From NCBI GenBank assembly GCA_004764695.1, contig SMSO01000034.1:248001-312000 (forward strand): DNA of 64,000 bases, written 5' to 3'. The position numbers and the translations under genes were made by a program. A model generated the notes under the pieces. It was not told the origin of the DNA and did no database searches. It saw nothing but the letters and a program-made list of their open reading frames with translations. Shown here piece by piece: positions 11,752-23,768 of the stretch (its first letter is position 1; every line of letters starts with the position of its first letter). This DNA comes from Schizochytrium sp. TIO01. Lineage: Eukaryota; Protista; Bigyra: Labyrinthulomycetes.

Positions 11752-12783
11752 TCAGAAAACGTGTACTACACGGATAATGAGTATACCAAGGACAACAATC
11801 AAAAGAAGACACAAACTTGATGTGAAGACGTAAAAAGGCCGTAAATTGCCAGCAGCAATGATTGTTCCTGTCCAAGGACAAAAATGGTCCGTATGTTTAA
11901 TGATCACTTGAGCCTCCACATCATAGATGGCATGGGGCTGACGATATGTCTGCCCTGGTTCGCTGTACGTCCAGGTAGAATCCTTGGGTTGATCATGGAT
12001 TCGCTGGATGCCAGGATCAGTGCATGCAGTCACACAAAAAGCGATAATCACGATACCAAGCACAACACCAGCAACAATGGAAAAATAGAACGGCAAATTT
12101 GGCAGACACGAAACAAAAACAGCCAAGCTCACACATGTAATGAGCATAAAGGTAATAAAGATCATTGGCCAGCAGGGTCCCACAACGCAGAAGAGCTTGG
12201 GCGTGCCGTCTGCCTGGGTTTTCTCTGCCATAACGTACATACGCCCAACTTGACGTACAAAAAATGGCGGTGGTGGAACTTGAGCTGAAATACAGAAACG
12301 GTCTGGCGTATAGATTGGATATCTATACACACGCGCCGGGTCCGTATCTACACCCGAGTGACTTGCCCTAAGTCCATCTTGACTTTCTGTGTCCTGTGAT
12401 GGGGGGCGTGCCTTCTGAGGTTGAACGAATGTGGGTTGAGTGGTCATACTTGCAGGCGGTGGAACCATCGCTGGTAAGTTTGGTATTGAGGTCTGACCGG
12501 GAGAGGATCTTGAGGTTGGTTGTAGCAACGGCGACGCTGGGGCTACTGAAGGTGAACTTGTCGACGGCAAGGTACCTGGGATAACACCCGGCGAAGAGCT
12601 CGAAGTAGCTGCAGCATCTCGTCTCACAGAGGGCCTCCTGACATTACTCTGTTGAGGTACCTGTGGAGTCGAAACTGGAGTGTTCGATGGCCTAGAGGTT
12701 GTACTTGAAGGTCTCCTTGCAGCGGGAACGAGGGCTGTTGACTTTACATTGCCAGAGATCTTGGCAGATGGACCTGCGGCCAT
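11752..12783 (-). CDS. DHHC-type palmitoyltransferase-like protein (DHFC variant)
   Basis: Long Ser/Pro-rich N-terminus, two TM helices, TDPG, then DHFCPWTG...GNLRPFYVF and one further TM helix. First ATG at 12783. Confidence 0.8.
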   Translation of the reverse strand: MAAGPSAKISGNVKSTALVPAARRPSSTTSRPSNTPVSTPQVPQQSNVRRPSVRRDAAATSSSSPGVIPGTLPSTSSPSVAPASPLLQPTSRSSPGQTSIPNLPAMVPPPASMTTQPTFVQPQKARPPSQDTESQDGLRASHSGVDTDPARVYRYPIYTPDRFCISAQVPPPPFFVRQVGRMYVMAEKTQADGTPKLFCVVGPCWPMIFITFMLITCVSLAVFVSCLPNLPFYFSIVAGVVLGIVIIAFCVTACTDPGIQRIHDQPKDSTWTYSEPGQTYRQPHAIYDVEAQVIIKHTDHFCPWTGTIIAAGNLRPFYVFTSSLCLLLIVVLGILIIRVVHVF

Positions 12784-14498
12784 TGTCTCCAATTCCTTTT
12801 ACTAGGCAATTCAAGACCTGCCAATGTTCAATCTTCACAGCAGTGTCCAGCAGAATTAGCAGAAGACGTGGCAAGTCCTTTCCTTTCGATTCCTCCTTCG
12901 TAGTATGTATATGCAATACCTTCAAATATGGATCCCAAGTTCTCTGCGAACCTTCTCGTCAAACAATTCTCTCGACGTCTGGTCACCACTCTACGTTTCG
13001 CCTAAAGGCGGGTATAGCAACCCGTAGAGGAGGAGGTGGATGTGATGCACGCTCAGATGTTCGGACTTCGTCGCGTCGCCTAAGTTATTGCTATTTTTCA
13101 ATAATAATAAAAAAAATATAACTAATCCAGTCTCTACGTGTGTAGAGTTTAAAGTTGACTATAGACCCGCCAGATCCCAAGATCTGGGCAGCCTGTTCCG
13201 CCCGCGGCCTCAGGCGCTACCGCAGAGCCGCCCTTGCAGACGCCGCCAACCGTCCCAGCGGCCTGGCGTCTGCGGCACCGCGATCGGCGCCAACGAGGGA
13301 ATCGTCGATCGTGAACTGCTTTGACTGCGTTACTTCGGTTCATTCCTATTTCTTGTTTTTATTTGTGTATTTTATTTTATAATCGAATTTTCACTTTTAC
13401 CTTCTTTAGGAAAATGCAAAGTTTAACTAATAAGTAAGTCTACAAATGGGGGGAAAATGAAGAATTAAAACGAATGCCTATTGCTAGGAGCTCCTTAGGG
13501 TCGCCTATCTGCTGAGCCAGGTGTGAATTCTGTGTGTAATTAAAACAGACTTACGTAAAAACAAAGTATAAATAGTGTGAAAATGGGGTTTTCTGGTAAG
13601 AGTACTGGACACTCTATCGAATGGACTCTACTTTTGCCTCTGTCAAAGAAATGCTTTGAGTTTTCATAAAACGACGGGAGACAACGCTGGACTTTATGCT
13701 AGGGGTTTTGCAGGAGATTGATTGTGCAGGAGCAGGAGGTCGTGCCGAAAAACTTGATCGGCAATGACTGCAAGGGCAGCATTGAGGGGAAAAAACGGGG
13801 TTGCTGCATTTTGCTTGATCTGTATAACGTTATTGGTAACTTGTATGCTCTTGACAGATGTGCGGAAATTCGTAAGAAACGTGGAAACTCCTAATGAGCA
13901 TGGAAAACATACAGATAGGCAAAGACCAAAGAAGCAGAGGTGTACTGAGGGTTATTCATTAGAAATGGGTATAGATATGTAGAGAGCTTCGTTCAGGGTG
14001 AAAATTGCCCCTGATGAACCGTGCTTATTGGATTTTGCTTACAGAAGTGGCAGAAACTGCCATACGCTCAGTTCTCGCAGGTTTAATCGTCATTCCTTTA
14101 ACCAAAACACTGTCTAGTTCACCTTTGTATTGACAGCCAAACACAGGAAGCAATAATCCTCTTGAAACTCAAAAAGAAACAACGAAACACAGATTTGATA
14201 GCGCCGAGTACTTACCAGTTTTGATAATGTACATGAATGGCAGAGGCCTGCTGGCTTGCTCGCATAGCTCTTCAACTTTGAATAATGGAGACCAACGTGA
14301 TACGAAGGATGATCAATTCAAACAAGAACAAAAAAAAAGTCTAGTACGTACGATTTTAGTTTGTTTAATTCTCTAGTCACCGTTAGTCCAAAGGATCTAA
14401 CTACTATCAAAGAAGGTTCAGCTAATGAACGCTCTCGCACACAGGACCATAGTTGACGTATAAGTAAATCGGATGTGAAAGGGAGTAGGAAAAAGGTT

Positions 14499-15617
14499 TT
14501 ACAGGAAGAAGTCGTCTTGCTCAACATCGTTAGAAGGGTCAATCTCAGGTTCCTCCTTCTTCGCTTTAGCAGGTTGAGAAAGGGGTTTCTTTTGTTTCTT
14601 AGAAACCTTCTTGGCATCCGTTTTCTTAGTTTCATCCTCAGCAGCGTTGTCCTCGGCATCACTGCTGCCCTTGGTATCGTTTTCAGCAGCAATGTCCTCC
14701 TTCTTCTCTTCACCAACTTCATGATCATCATCAGCTGCAACCTGGTCGTCCTCGTTGTCTCCCTTGCTTTTCTGTGCAAGAGCCTTTTCACGCTGTTCTT
14801 TTTGCTTGCGGGATTTGGCCTTGTAGAAGGACAGTAGAGCCTCTTCAGAGCCCCTCTCAGTGCGCCGTGCGACAGCACACGCTCTTTGGCGGCACTTTGT
14901 GCGCAATTCTTTCTGCTCCTCAGAAATTTTTTCGTTGAAAAGTGAGATATACTCTGTGTCATGTGGGAAGAACCTCGTATAGCGAAGATCAGTGAGGAGA
15001 CGTTTCTTCTCCTCAAGGAGGTCTTTGTCTTCTGGTTTATCCTCAAGAGCAAGAAGCACCTTCTTTAGGCCTCTTTCGACCTTCTGCCTCTCGAAGAACC
15101 TTGCCCGGTGATTCTTACGAGCAACCTCGCGTTCTTTCGCTAAATCATCAGCACTCTTAATCGCCTTGCGTCTCTTTTGATGCGGTAAGAGGCTGGCTTG
15201 CTTGCGTTCTTGTTCCTCTTGCCGATTCTTACGCTCCTTCTCACGCAGTCTGCGCTTATCCTTCTCTGCGCCACGGCCATCATATCTGTTTAATGCCAAA
15301 AGTGCAGGGGACTTTTCCTCCTCTTCCTCCTCGCCCTTCTTGCCCTTGCCCTTTTTGTGATTTTTGTTTCCCTGACCTTCTGAGTCTTTGCGAGCACCCT
15401 CAGACTCCCCGTTGGGGCCAATCCTCCTACCAAACTTGTCGTACTTTTCGGACTCGTTTCTGGCATTGCTACGCTTTGGTTGCATATTGGCTTCCCTGTT
15501 GTTGCTGGTATCAGTGTTGCCGCTCTTGAGGTCATCACCACGGGCCCTTTTCTGGCCCCCACCACTACTGTCATGGGTGCCGCGGGACCTCTTCGCGTCT
15601 CTTCGTCTGTCACTCAT
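14499..15617 (-). CDS. EFG1: rRNA-processing protein Efg1
   Basis: Conserved RKNHRARFFERQKVERGLKK and DLRYTRFFPHDTEYISLF blocks, K/E/R-rich, with a C-terminal DDFFL. Confidence 0.8.
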   Translation of the reverse strand: MSDRRRDAKRSRGTHDSSGGGQKRARGDDLKSGNTDTSNNREANMQPKRSNARNESEKYDKFGRRIGPNGESEGARKDSEGQGNKNHKKGKGKKGEEEEEEKSPALLALNRYDGRGAEKDKRRLREKERKNRQEEQERKQASLLPHQKRRKAIKSADDLAKEREVARKNHRARFFERQKVERGLKKVLLALEDKPEDKDLLEEKKRLLTDLRYTRFFPHDTEYISLFNEKISEEQKELRTKCRQRACAVARRTERGSEEALLSFYKAKSRKQKEQREKALAQKSKGDNEDDQVAADDDHEVGEEKKEDIAAENDTKGSSDAEDNAAEDETKKTDAKKVSKKQKKPLSQPAKAKKEEPEIDPSNDVEQDDFFL

Positions 15618-16847
15618 GGTCTAGTCTTTGCGTAAGTGACTGAGAGCGGTGAGGTTGAGATTGAGGTCTTCGTCCTCCAGTGCCACCGCCACCACCGGTT
15701 CGCCTGAGCCGATGAGGGATGAAGAAAGCTTCGAGGAAGAGAGAGTCGCCGGGGAGTACAGTCGCTGTGCTGGAGAAGTCACCTCGACCACCTTCGCACG
15801 ACGATAGCTTGATCGAGAACCGATCGCTTGCTTAAGCTTGCCGTTCTCAGTTTGATTGTTGGTTGGTTTTTGATTGAAGAACTCCGCTTTTTCAATTGGA
15901 GCACTCTAAGTCTTCTCAACCGTTCTCGTTCTATTTTTTTTCTATACTTTGTCTTTAGGACCCAATAATGACAACAGTAGCAGCTAAAATGAAACGTTCT
16001 GTTCTTTGACTATTCGTTCTACCTACAGCTTCACAAATAGTGACTGACATGACTTGCAACACCAAAGTCCTTCAGTAGAGACCTTCAGGAGGAGTCATTC
16101 TGAGTTCAGAAACACGAAAATCAATAGTTTAGACAAGAGGTCGATATCAGGAAAAGCTCGAGCAGTAAAGTTGAGATAGCGAGTGTCAAATTGAGCTGGA
16201 GTGAGCAGGAATTAAAAGTACTCCACAATTTCACGAGTACGAAAAACGATCTATTCAAATCTAGCAGGCCTACCACAGCGAACAATGCTCATCAAGTTTC
16301 AGTCAAAATTATAGATTACTACATTGAGTACTCGAGGGTCAGTGGCGTCTTCTGTGTTTCCCCTGTGCAGGAAGCGATAGCTGCATATGGGGGGAACTTA
16401 GCGGTAAGATACACACAACAAAAGAAGGATTGCGGACAACTTAAACTGCGCTGAATGGAAATGTACACGCCTTACCACTGAAGATCAGTTTAGAATCACA
16501 AGAAAAGCTCGTATTGAACTTTTACAGAAGCAGATGTAAAAAAGAATCACAACAGAAACGCTCAAAGATTTTCTGGAAATCCCAAATATGAACTCAGGAG
16601 AGGAACCTATTTTGGGTTGTTGAAAGAGAAAACAGGAGAACCGTTTAATTGAGCTGCTTTTATACTTAAGCATTGTCTCTGCATATCAGTAAGATGCAAC
16701 TCATGTTACAACCTTCATTGTGGATTCATGGTAGTAAAGATGAATAATTAATGATTATGCTTCCTTGGTGTTGAGAAGGCAGGGCATGGGCTCTCGCGCT
16801 TATTTTATGTTCTTAAAAAATTATTTGCTTATTTTGTGCTCCAAGCA

Positions 16848-18461
16848 CTACTGTGACGCTTCAGCCGATGGCTCGTCTAGGGGGGATCTTTTCTCAGCCG
16901 ACACGATTTCAATCATGTCTTCCCATTCCTTCTGTAATGGCCCTACGTGTTTCTTAACTACAGTATCCCGCAGTGAGTTCTTTAAATTGTTCTTGAACAG
17001 CGTATACACATTATAGACACCAGAAGTAATTGAATCCTCAGAAGCAAAGTCAAAGTTGCTAGGAAACCTCCCTGGTAACTTGAAATCCAGGTAGTCTTCA
17101 ATAATATTCTCAACTGCGAAACCGTTGTACTCAGGATGGAAGTACTTTCTCAGAAAACATAAACGTTGTGACTTATCTTTGTCGCGACGACACGAGGATC
17201 GATATTGAAAGGGTCGTGGATTCATGTTTTGGTAATCCAAAAATAGAAAAACCTTATTAGCTCGATTTTTTTCTATCAACACTTGAATGACCCTTTTGTT
17301 CAGATCGGCTTTTGAACTTTTCTTACTCCTTTTTGAAACTTCACGCAACCCCGAGCGGTAATTTTCTTCAGGTTCGAAAGGTGGTAGCACAACTAAAGGC
17401 ACTTCATCACCACCATCAACGAGATTATGAGCTCCTTTTTCTGCTTCAATATCTTCGGCATGGTGATGATTCCCATGCGGATAGTTCCTATCTACATGTC
17501 GTGCGACAGAATCTGCTTCTGTTAAATGCACGATATGTGATGCATTATGGTCTCCCTCTTCTGATAGCACTACATCGTGAACTTCCTCTCCTCGCTGCAC
17601 TACGTATGATGCGTCATGGCTTGCTTCCACCAAACGCACGGCTTCGTTTGCCATATCACTTGGCTCTGCAGGATAGCTTGAATAGGCCGGCACAGACAAG
17701 CGGGAATTCCGTTGAGGCGCGGGTCTCCTGTACACTGAGCTCGGTTCAAGAAAGTGTGCTGGTGATTGCTTCACATGGCCCACAGATAGTTCATTGCTTT
17801 CGTATAAACTTACGTGCCTTCCAGACTTTGCAGGCCGCATTTCTTGCGATATGACGAGCTCCCTACGACTCTTTGGCAGAGTCTCAATATGCGTCGTGAT
17901 GGTTTCTTTGAGTAAAGCCTTCATTCGCTTCTCGAAGGCAGAGAATTGCTCTCTCATATTTTCATCTATGATCTCTATGAAAGATTCCAAAACAGTCCCA
18001 AAAGCCTTGGTGGCCAAGGCTTGGCGTTCCGCTGAACGCGATGTGACATCCTTTATTTGCTCTTGAAGACACTTCAGGCACCCCGTCAATTCCTGCCTTA
18101 TAGCATCTTGAACACGAGCTGTATCTTCATCAGATTGCGTTGCTACGTCTTCGATATCAGCCCTTTTGTCGTGCTCTGCTCTTGGAACACTATTAGAAGC
18201 AGGACACACACCTGACGATCTTGAAGATGTTGCTACTACAGACTCAGAGGAGTTCAAATTCATTCTTCTTCTTTTCAACTTTCTGGTGAGTTTACCAAAA
18301 GGGCTGCTTTCAGAGCCCGAATCATCAGCATCATAATACAATGGTTCAAAGCGGCCATCCCTCAGATCATGCCTCTCGTGAGATGCAGACATTTCCTTGT
18401 GAGTAACCTTCCCATTTTGCTTCGCAGACGCAGCAGCAGATCCCTTGATGTCCTCCGACAT
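16848..18461 (-). CDS. Hypothetical protein (coiled coil, disordered linker, globular C-terminal domain)
   Basis: Uninterrupted ORF (track 16848-18530; first ATG 18461) with basic KLKRRR. No family recognised. Confidence 0.7.
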   Translation of the reverse strand: MSEDIKGSAAASAKQNGKVTHKEMSASHERHDLRDGRFEPLYYDADDSGSESSPFGKLTRKLKRRRMNLNSSESVVATSSRSSGVCPASNSVPRAEHDKRADIEDVATQSDEDTARVQDAIRQELTGCLKCLQEQIKDVTSRSAERQALATKAFGTVLESFIEIIDENMREQFSAFEKRMKALLKETITTHIETLPKSRRELVISQEMRPAKSGRHVSLYESNELSVGHVKQSPAHFLEPSSVYRRPAPQRNSRLSVPAYSSYPAEPSDMANEAVRLVEASHDASYVVQRGEEVHDVVLSEEGDHNASHIVHLTEADSVARHVDRNYPHGNHHHAEDIEAEKGAHNLVDGGDEVPLVVLPPFEPEENYRSGLREVSKRSKKSSKADLNKRVIQVLIEKNRANKVFLFLDYQNMNPRPFQYRSSCRRDKDKSQRLCFLRKYFHPEYNGFAVENIIEDYLDFKLPGRFPSNFDFASEDSITSGVYNVYTLFKNNLKNSLRDTVVKKHVGPLQKEWEDMIEIVSAEKRSPLDEPSAEASQ

Positions 18462-19728
18462 AGGCGCAGTCAACAAAAGGGGCCAACTCCAGAAGACTCT
18501 GTGTACGATTGGGTTTTGCTTGGCGATCACAGCTTCTAGTCTCCAGCATTGCCATGGAGACTAGAACACGCCGACTAAAAGCTGGTCAACACTTGCGAGT
18601 CTAATTTACAGCTTCAAAGAGTTCTTCGAATTGCTCAATTCTTCATCAACCCTCGGAGAAAATATACTATGCTTGCAATTGCGAGAGAAAATAAATGCGC
18701 TCTCAATTCGAGTCGGTGCGCGTGATTGCAACCCACCTAGTCTCGGGGACACCAGTGGGCGCGCATGTTCTAATAAGGCTCTGCGACTAGAAGCAAAGGC
18801 GTCCGAGTCAACCTATGGAGCCTGGTTTGAAGTTCCCCAGACAACGAAGTGGGATGAACGCGAGTTGGATGTGCATGCACATCTAAAGAAGGCTGGCAGC
18901 AGCCAGATGAGGTTGAGACTAGTAACAACTCCTGTAGAGAAGAGGCATCGTAGCGCTGAGATAGCTAGGGGCGATTGTTTCCTCGTTGGATGGTTGCAAT
19001 AGTGCGCCACTTGCTGCAGTCCCGCGAGCTTGAACCTGTGTCATTTTTTATTATACTTTGTAAACATAGGAGTACCCTAAAGTAAGGTGTAAACTTCAGT
19101 CTACAAAGTGAGGCCGCTATTGAAACTACAGCACAAAAATTGATACTAATAGTCTGTCACAATCCAATGGGTCTATATAGCACGCAATAACTATCATGGA
19201 TTCCTCAAAGATAATTCCTGTTGAATTCTGCTGCTTATGGTTTCGTTCATGAAAACATCAACCAAGGAAATGAGAACCCAGATTTGACACTATGAGAGTC
19301 GAATCGAGGTTCCTTATGTTGATACCAAACAAAGTTAACATGGGAAACTTTGAATACTAATTTAGAAGTTACGAATACATTCACTGCACTTATTTATGTA
19401 TCTCAAGCAATTAAATCAGGGTACTCAACGTACGCGCAGATACTTGTCAAAGCTCTTCCTAACTCTTTTGAACTTGAGATAAAAACAAAATGTGGGTTTG
19501 CGTAGTGGCCAAGGAAGAACTAATCATAAAAAGTCGGAGCTAATCCATACCTGATTCAGAAGACGCCTTGGAGGTGATGCCATGCCAGGTTTGCGATGGA
19601 ATCGAGTAAAACATATGACGTTGGCGTTCTTAGCAAGAAGGTTGGCACTTTCAAAATTTTGAGATTGATGACGAGCTCATCATGCGGCTGAAAGTTAAAT
19701 ATAAGAAACTAAAATTACATGAGTGCAT

Positions 19729-22700
19729 TCACAATTTAGGTGCATTGCTCAGCGAGGAAAGCTCTTTGTTTTTCGGCGATGTAGGCTTTGCGGACTCAAA
19801 AGCTGCTTTTTGAGCGCGCCTTACAGCAATTTCTCGTCGCAAAGCCTCGATTTCTGCAATCTCCTCTTCACTATCAAGACTTGTCAAGTCACTGGAATAC
19901 TGTTCATCATTGTCGCTATCTGCAGAAGTGTGTCGCTGGCGTTTGGAAGGAATTGCAGACTGCGGTCGGCGAGAGGATTTTTTCGACGAAAGGCTCTTCT
20001 CCGAGGAGTTTACAGAGGAGGAAGAAGTTGAGGAGGAAAAGGATGATGAAGAGGATTTAGAAGAAGAGGAAGAAAAAGGATTTGCTGAAGCAGGTCGAGT
20101 AGTTTCGCCTTTTGCACTATTAGCTTTGCTGCTCTTCTTTCTATTCGATTTCTTATTCTTGTTTTTGTTCTTCTTTGTTGACGCCTTTGAATAATTTACA
20201 ATTTCATCATCTGCTTCGTCGCTGTCTATCGTACTTTTGCTAGTTTTGGGGATCACGCCCGCACCAGAGACATCAGCATCGCGTGACATATGTTTCTTGT
20301 TTTGCTTTTTGTCCTTCTTTTTATCCTTCTTTTTGCTTTTCCTGTCCCGTTCCTTCTTGTCCATCTCTTTCTTCGAGGCTTTTCTCTTTGACACATGAGA
20401 CTGATGGTTTAGATTATTATCGTCTTCTTCGTGGTGCGCGTTTGCCTCTGTAATGGAGGGATCGGTACGATTTGAGCTGGATGTAGAAGGAGTAGCTCCG
20501 GGCGAAAGAGGGTTCAACTTTTGTTGTTCACTGGTACGGTCTTCGTCCTCGGAGAATTCATCCTCATATTCATCCTCGTATCGATCATTCTCCTCATCGT
20601 AGTCACTGCCTTTTTTGATCGTTTGATTTTGTTGTCCCGAGCTTGAAATGTTTATAGATGCAGTGGGAAGTAGTTGCTCATTCGGAGAGGACATAGCTGT
20701 AGGAGACGAAAAGCCGAGCTCGTTAGGAACCGCTACTGGAGAGATAATGATTTCTTCAGGAGGGAACTTGAAATGTACATGACGAGCATCATCATTTTCA
20801 TCAAATTCTTCATCCTCGTATTCGTCTTCTTGCTGATCAATTAAGGCCTTTTGAATTGCATCAGCTTTCCATTGTCGAAATGCTTTTTGAATACAAGTTG
20901 AGGCTTTTTTCCGGGAATCAAGAAAGACACGAAACCTGAACCAAGTTTGCAACATTAATGCGTTGCTGCGTTGAGCATAGTAGGTCTTAGATGCCTGGTT
21001 GCAACGCTGATAGGCTTGAAGACGGCATGCTGCAAGTTCCTCGATGCCCTGTAGGAGCAATTGCTCTTTAGCGTGTGCAGCACACGGAGACTGACATCCT
21101 TCTATCGCTGAAACGTTTGTTGAAGAAGAGACCTCCCGTGCATCAACACGTAAAGAACAACCCACCTCCAGCATAGTTCGCTCTATTTGAGAATACTGGA
21201 TAGAAATCTTCATGAGTTGCGAATCAGCATGCTCTGGCACAGGGACCAATATGTGAGAAACACCACGCGGCGCAGGTAGATCCGTCCAAATATGACTCTC
21301 AAGTTTGTTTTTGTTGCTACTCATAGAAAATGTCGACCGTGAAGGGTTTGAGAGCCAGATTTCCTCACTGATAACAACAATCGTTCCTTGGCCAAGGTTT
21401 TGGCCACGCTTTGACTGCTGTTGACTGGGTTGTTGAACACAGGAACTGAAGGAATTAATAGTCTGCGCTTGATGTACGACTGGTTGCTGACTGAAATTCA
21501 TGACTGAGTCCGGACGAAAGTCTACCACAATGGTGGACAGCTCTGTCTGTTGTAAGGAAGCGCTTAGGGACTTTCGTGGAAGAACCCGGACGTATTTTCC
21601 AAGCGCAAAATAGCATGTCCAGTCGCCTTGTCTACCATCTTGACCAAAGCCAAACGTCTGAAGTGCGACACCACCACAGAATATTGTTACGGACACTTGC
21701 AAAGGCAACATATCGGCACGCATCCACTGCGTGTCGGAATCGTCGCCAATAACAAGAGCCGCTGCATGAGGCAGGTCTTGTGCAATTCCGTCTTTAAACT
21801 CAATCCATTGGTCCTGAGTATTAAAGCCAGTGAGCTCTCCAATAAAAGCACCTGTAAAGCGACGTACCTTCGCACCAATCTTTAAAGCTGGGTGGTTCTT
21901 GAGACCTTGCACAAAAATACGCAAGGTTTCGCTTCTTCTTGCACAAGTGTATCCGCACCCTGAGAATGATAATAAGCGCTGACACATGGCGCGCCAAACA
22001 TCAAGTCTTTCACTTACATGGCCTGGAGCGACTTTGTCAACAGAAACGAAGATGTTCTCTCGTGAGATAACACCACCACCAGATGAAGGAGATCCAAGTT
22101 CCAGCGGTCTGCACTGTAGCATACCTTTGGCAGAACGTCGTACAAGCTGAGCTGGCATGTCTGTTCCATCTGTTTGCCGAATAAACAGGGGCGCCCCCCG
22201 AGCCAGGGCCTGGTAGCCTAGAGTTTGGCGAAGTTTAAGTCTTTTCTCTCCTTCGCAACAACATGTGCACCAACCTTTGATTGAGGAAGACGCAGTGGTT
22301 TCGTCTTCGATGCGAACAATAACACCACCACGGGATTGGGTCTTGGTGCACATGCATATCTGCCTTTGCGTGATTGAGGGGAATACTAAAGTACACCATT
22401 TGTAGCGAGGACGCGCACTCTGAATAATAACTTCGATTGATTGATTGGCTTTCCAGTCAGTCCAAGGAGTTGCCACGAGTGGCCGCGCCTCTTTATCGTT
22501 GTTAGACTGAGCATGCTTATCTGCACGGTGATTATAATTGCCGCCGCTCTCTTTTTCATCTTCATCGCAACTATCGTATATCCAAGATTCTGCATCAAAA
22601 TTCTCGTCGTTTGCATCATTCTCAACATCCCGACATGAGCCTTCATCATCCTCGGGCTCATCGTTCTTGTGTGTTCCACTTTTTTGAGTTAGTCTTGGCA

Positions 22701-23754
22701 TTTCTGCTTTTGGGGCCACAGAGTTCTCGCGCCCCACGAAAACCTGGGTTGGTGATTTTGTAAAAGTCCAGTCATCATTATCAAGGGGTTGTACTTCTAC
22801 TAGCGTGCCCCAAAACTCCTGAAAAGAAAAGCCTCCATCCGAGTCTGTGATAAGAAGTTGAGACAATGGTGGCTGTACCTTTGGAGAGGCCAAGCCATAC
22901 GGTTTATGTTTGAGCCCACGTCGTTCGCTTGTTACTTGGACTTGTACACCTGCGCCTAATGGACAACCACTCAATGATTGTATGCGAACACTGACAAGCT
23001 CACTCCGCATGGCCACAAGATGTAGAATTGCAGGCCCACAGGTATCTACAAAAACTTCATGTGAAGGTTCTACAAGTTCCCAGCCTCCGTGGCGTACAGC
23101 GAATGCAATCGTGGATTCCTCTTCTGCCTCAACAAAGCAAATCTTGCCTTCTGGCGTGTCCTCTGAAAGAATAGAAAGTTGATAGCCAGCGCTGTCTGTG
23201 CATGTCAGGCTTGCCCCGTACTGATGCTGAAGATCGTCCGTAATAAAGATAGGACAGCCGTTAAAGGCGTCAGTCGCTATAAGAAATATTCTGTGCAAGG
23301 GTTTGTCTAGCTTCAGCCCTCCAGGCGAGGAAGTATATTTATGTAATGCTAAGTCTTCCTCAACCGCTGGAGTTTGTGGTGGAGAGGTAGTGCGCAATTC
23401 AAGGCCAAGAAGCGAGCGCACTCTTTTGACGACATAGCGTGCCGAAGGGAACCGACCACGACGAACTTTGCTAAATATGGGGTAGCGGTGTTCATTAACC
23501 ACCAGGTCAACTTCAAAGGAGCCAAGCACAACTTTTCCTTGTGGTTTTTCACGAACGACAGCGAACGACATTGGTGAAAGAGAGGTTGCATTTTCTGAAG
23601 CCTCGAGCTCTAGTGAGTTGTGAATTTCACGCCATAAACTTTCATACCTCTCAGGATTGTGCCGTGTGGAGACTTGACGTGTGTTTGTGTTGGGAACCAC
23701 AAGACCTCGCACCTCTACTTTTAGAGGCGCAAGGAGCGCCAGGGTCTCCGTCAT
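19729..23754 (-). CDS. Large hypothetical protein with an N-terminal Rdx (SelW/SelT)-like domain, IQ motifs and a disordered acidic/basic tail
   Basis: 1380-codon ORF (first ATG 23754). STRHNPERY...GSFEV...IFSKVRRGRFP is Rdx-like. IQ-like motifs RLQAYQR, MLQTWFR, CIQKAFR. Confidence 0.75.
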   Translation of the reverse strand: MTETLALLAPLKVEVRGLVVPNTNTRQVSTRHNPERYESLWREIHNSLELEASENATSLSPMSFAVVREKPQGKVVLGSFEVDLVVNEHRYPIFSKVRRGRFPSARYVVKRVRSLLGLELRTTSPPQTPAVEEDLALHKYTSSPGGLKLDKPLHRIFLIATDAFNGCPIFITDDLQHQYGASLTCTDSAGYQLSILSEDTPEGKICFVEAEEESTIAFAVRHGGWELVEPSHEVFVDTCGPAILHLVAMRSELVSVRIQSLSGCPLGAGVQVQVTSERRGLKHKPYGLASPKVQPPLSQLLITDSDGGFSFQEFWGTLVEVQPLDNDDWTFTKSPTQVFVGRENSVAPKAEMPRLTQKSGTHKNDEPEDDEGSCRDVENDANDENFDAESWIYDSCDEDEKESGGNYNHRADKHAQSNNDKEARPLVATPWTDWKANQSIEVIIQSARPRYKWCTLVFPSITQRQICMCTKTQSRGGVIVRIEDETTASSSIKGWCTCCCEGEKRLKLRQTLGYQALARGAPLFIRQTDGTDMPAQLVRRSAKGMLQCRPLELGSPSSGGGVISRENIFVSVDKVAPGHVSERLDVWRAMCQRLLSFSGCGYTCARRSETLRIFVQGLKNHPALKIGAKVRRFTGAFIGELTGFNTQDQWIEFKDGIAQDLPHAAALVIGDDSDTQWMRADMLPLQVSVTIFCGGVALQTFGFGQDGRQGDWTCYFALGKYVRVLPRKSLSASLQQTELSTIVVDFRPDSVMNFSQQPVVHQAQTINSFSSCVQQPSQQQSKRGQNLGQGTIVVISEEIWLSNPSRSTFSMSSNKNKLESHIWTDLPAPRGVSHILVPVPEHADSQLMKISIQYSQIERTMLEVGCSLRVDAREVSSSTNVSAIEGCQSPCAAHAKEQLLLQGIEELAACRLQAYQRCNQASKTYYAQRSNALMLQTWFRFRVFLDSRKKASTCIQKAFRQWKADAIQKALIDQQEDEYEDEEFDENDDARHVHFKFPPEEIIISPVAVPNELGFSSPTAMSSPNEQLLPTASINISSSGQQNQTIKKGSDYDEENDRYEDEYEDEFSEDEDRTSEQQKLNPLSPGATPSTSSSNRTDPSITEANAHHEEDDNNLNHQSHVSKRKASKKEMDKKERDRKSKKKDKKKDKKQNKKHMSRDADVSGAGVIPKTSKSTIDSDEADDEIVNYSKASTKKNKNKNKKSNRKKSSKANSAKGETTRPASANPFSSSSSKSSSSSFSSSTSSSSVNSSEKSLSSKKSSRRPQSAIPSKRQRHTSADSDNDEQYSSDLTSLDSEEEIAEIEALRREIAVRRAQKAAFESAKPTSPKNKELSSLSNAPKL

Positions 23755-23768
23755 AGTGTAATTCCACC

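Noticed and set aside
14318-15052. 244-aa ORF overlapping EFG1 in another frame
   Set aside because: Alternative-frame shadow with no recognisable domain.
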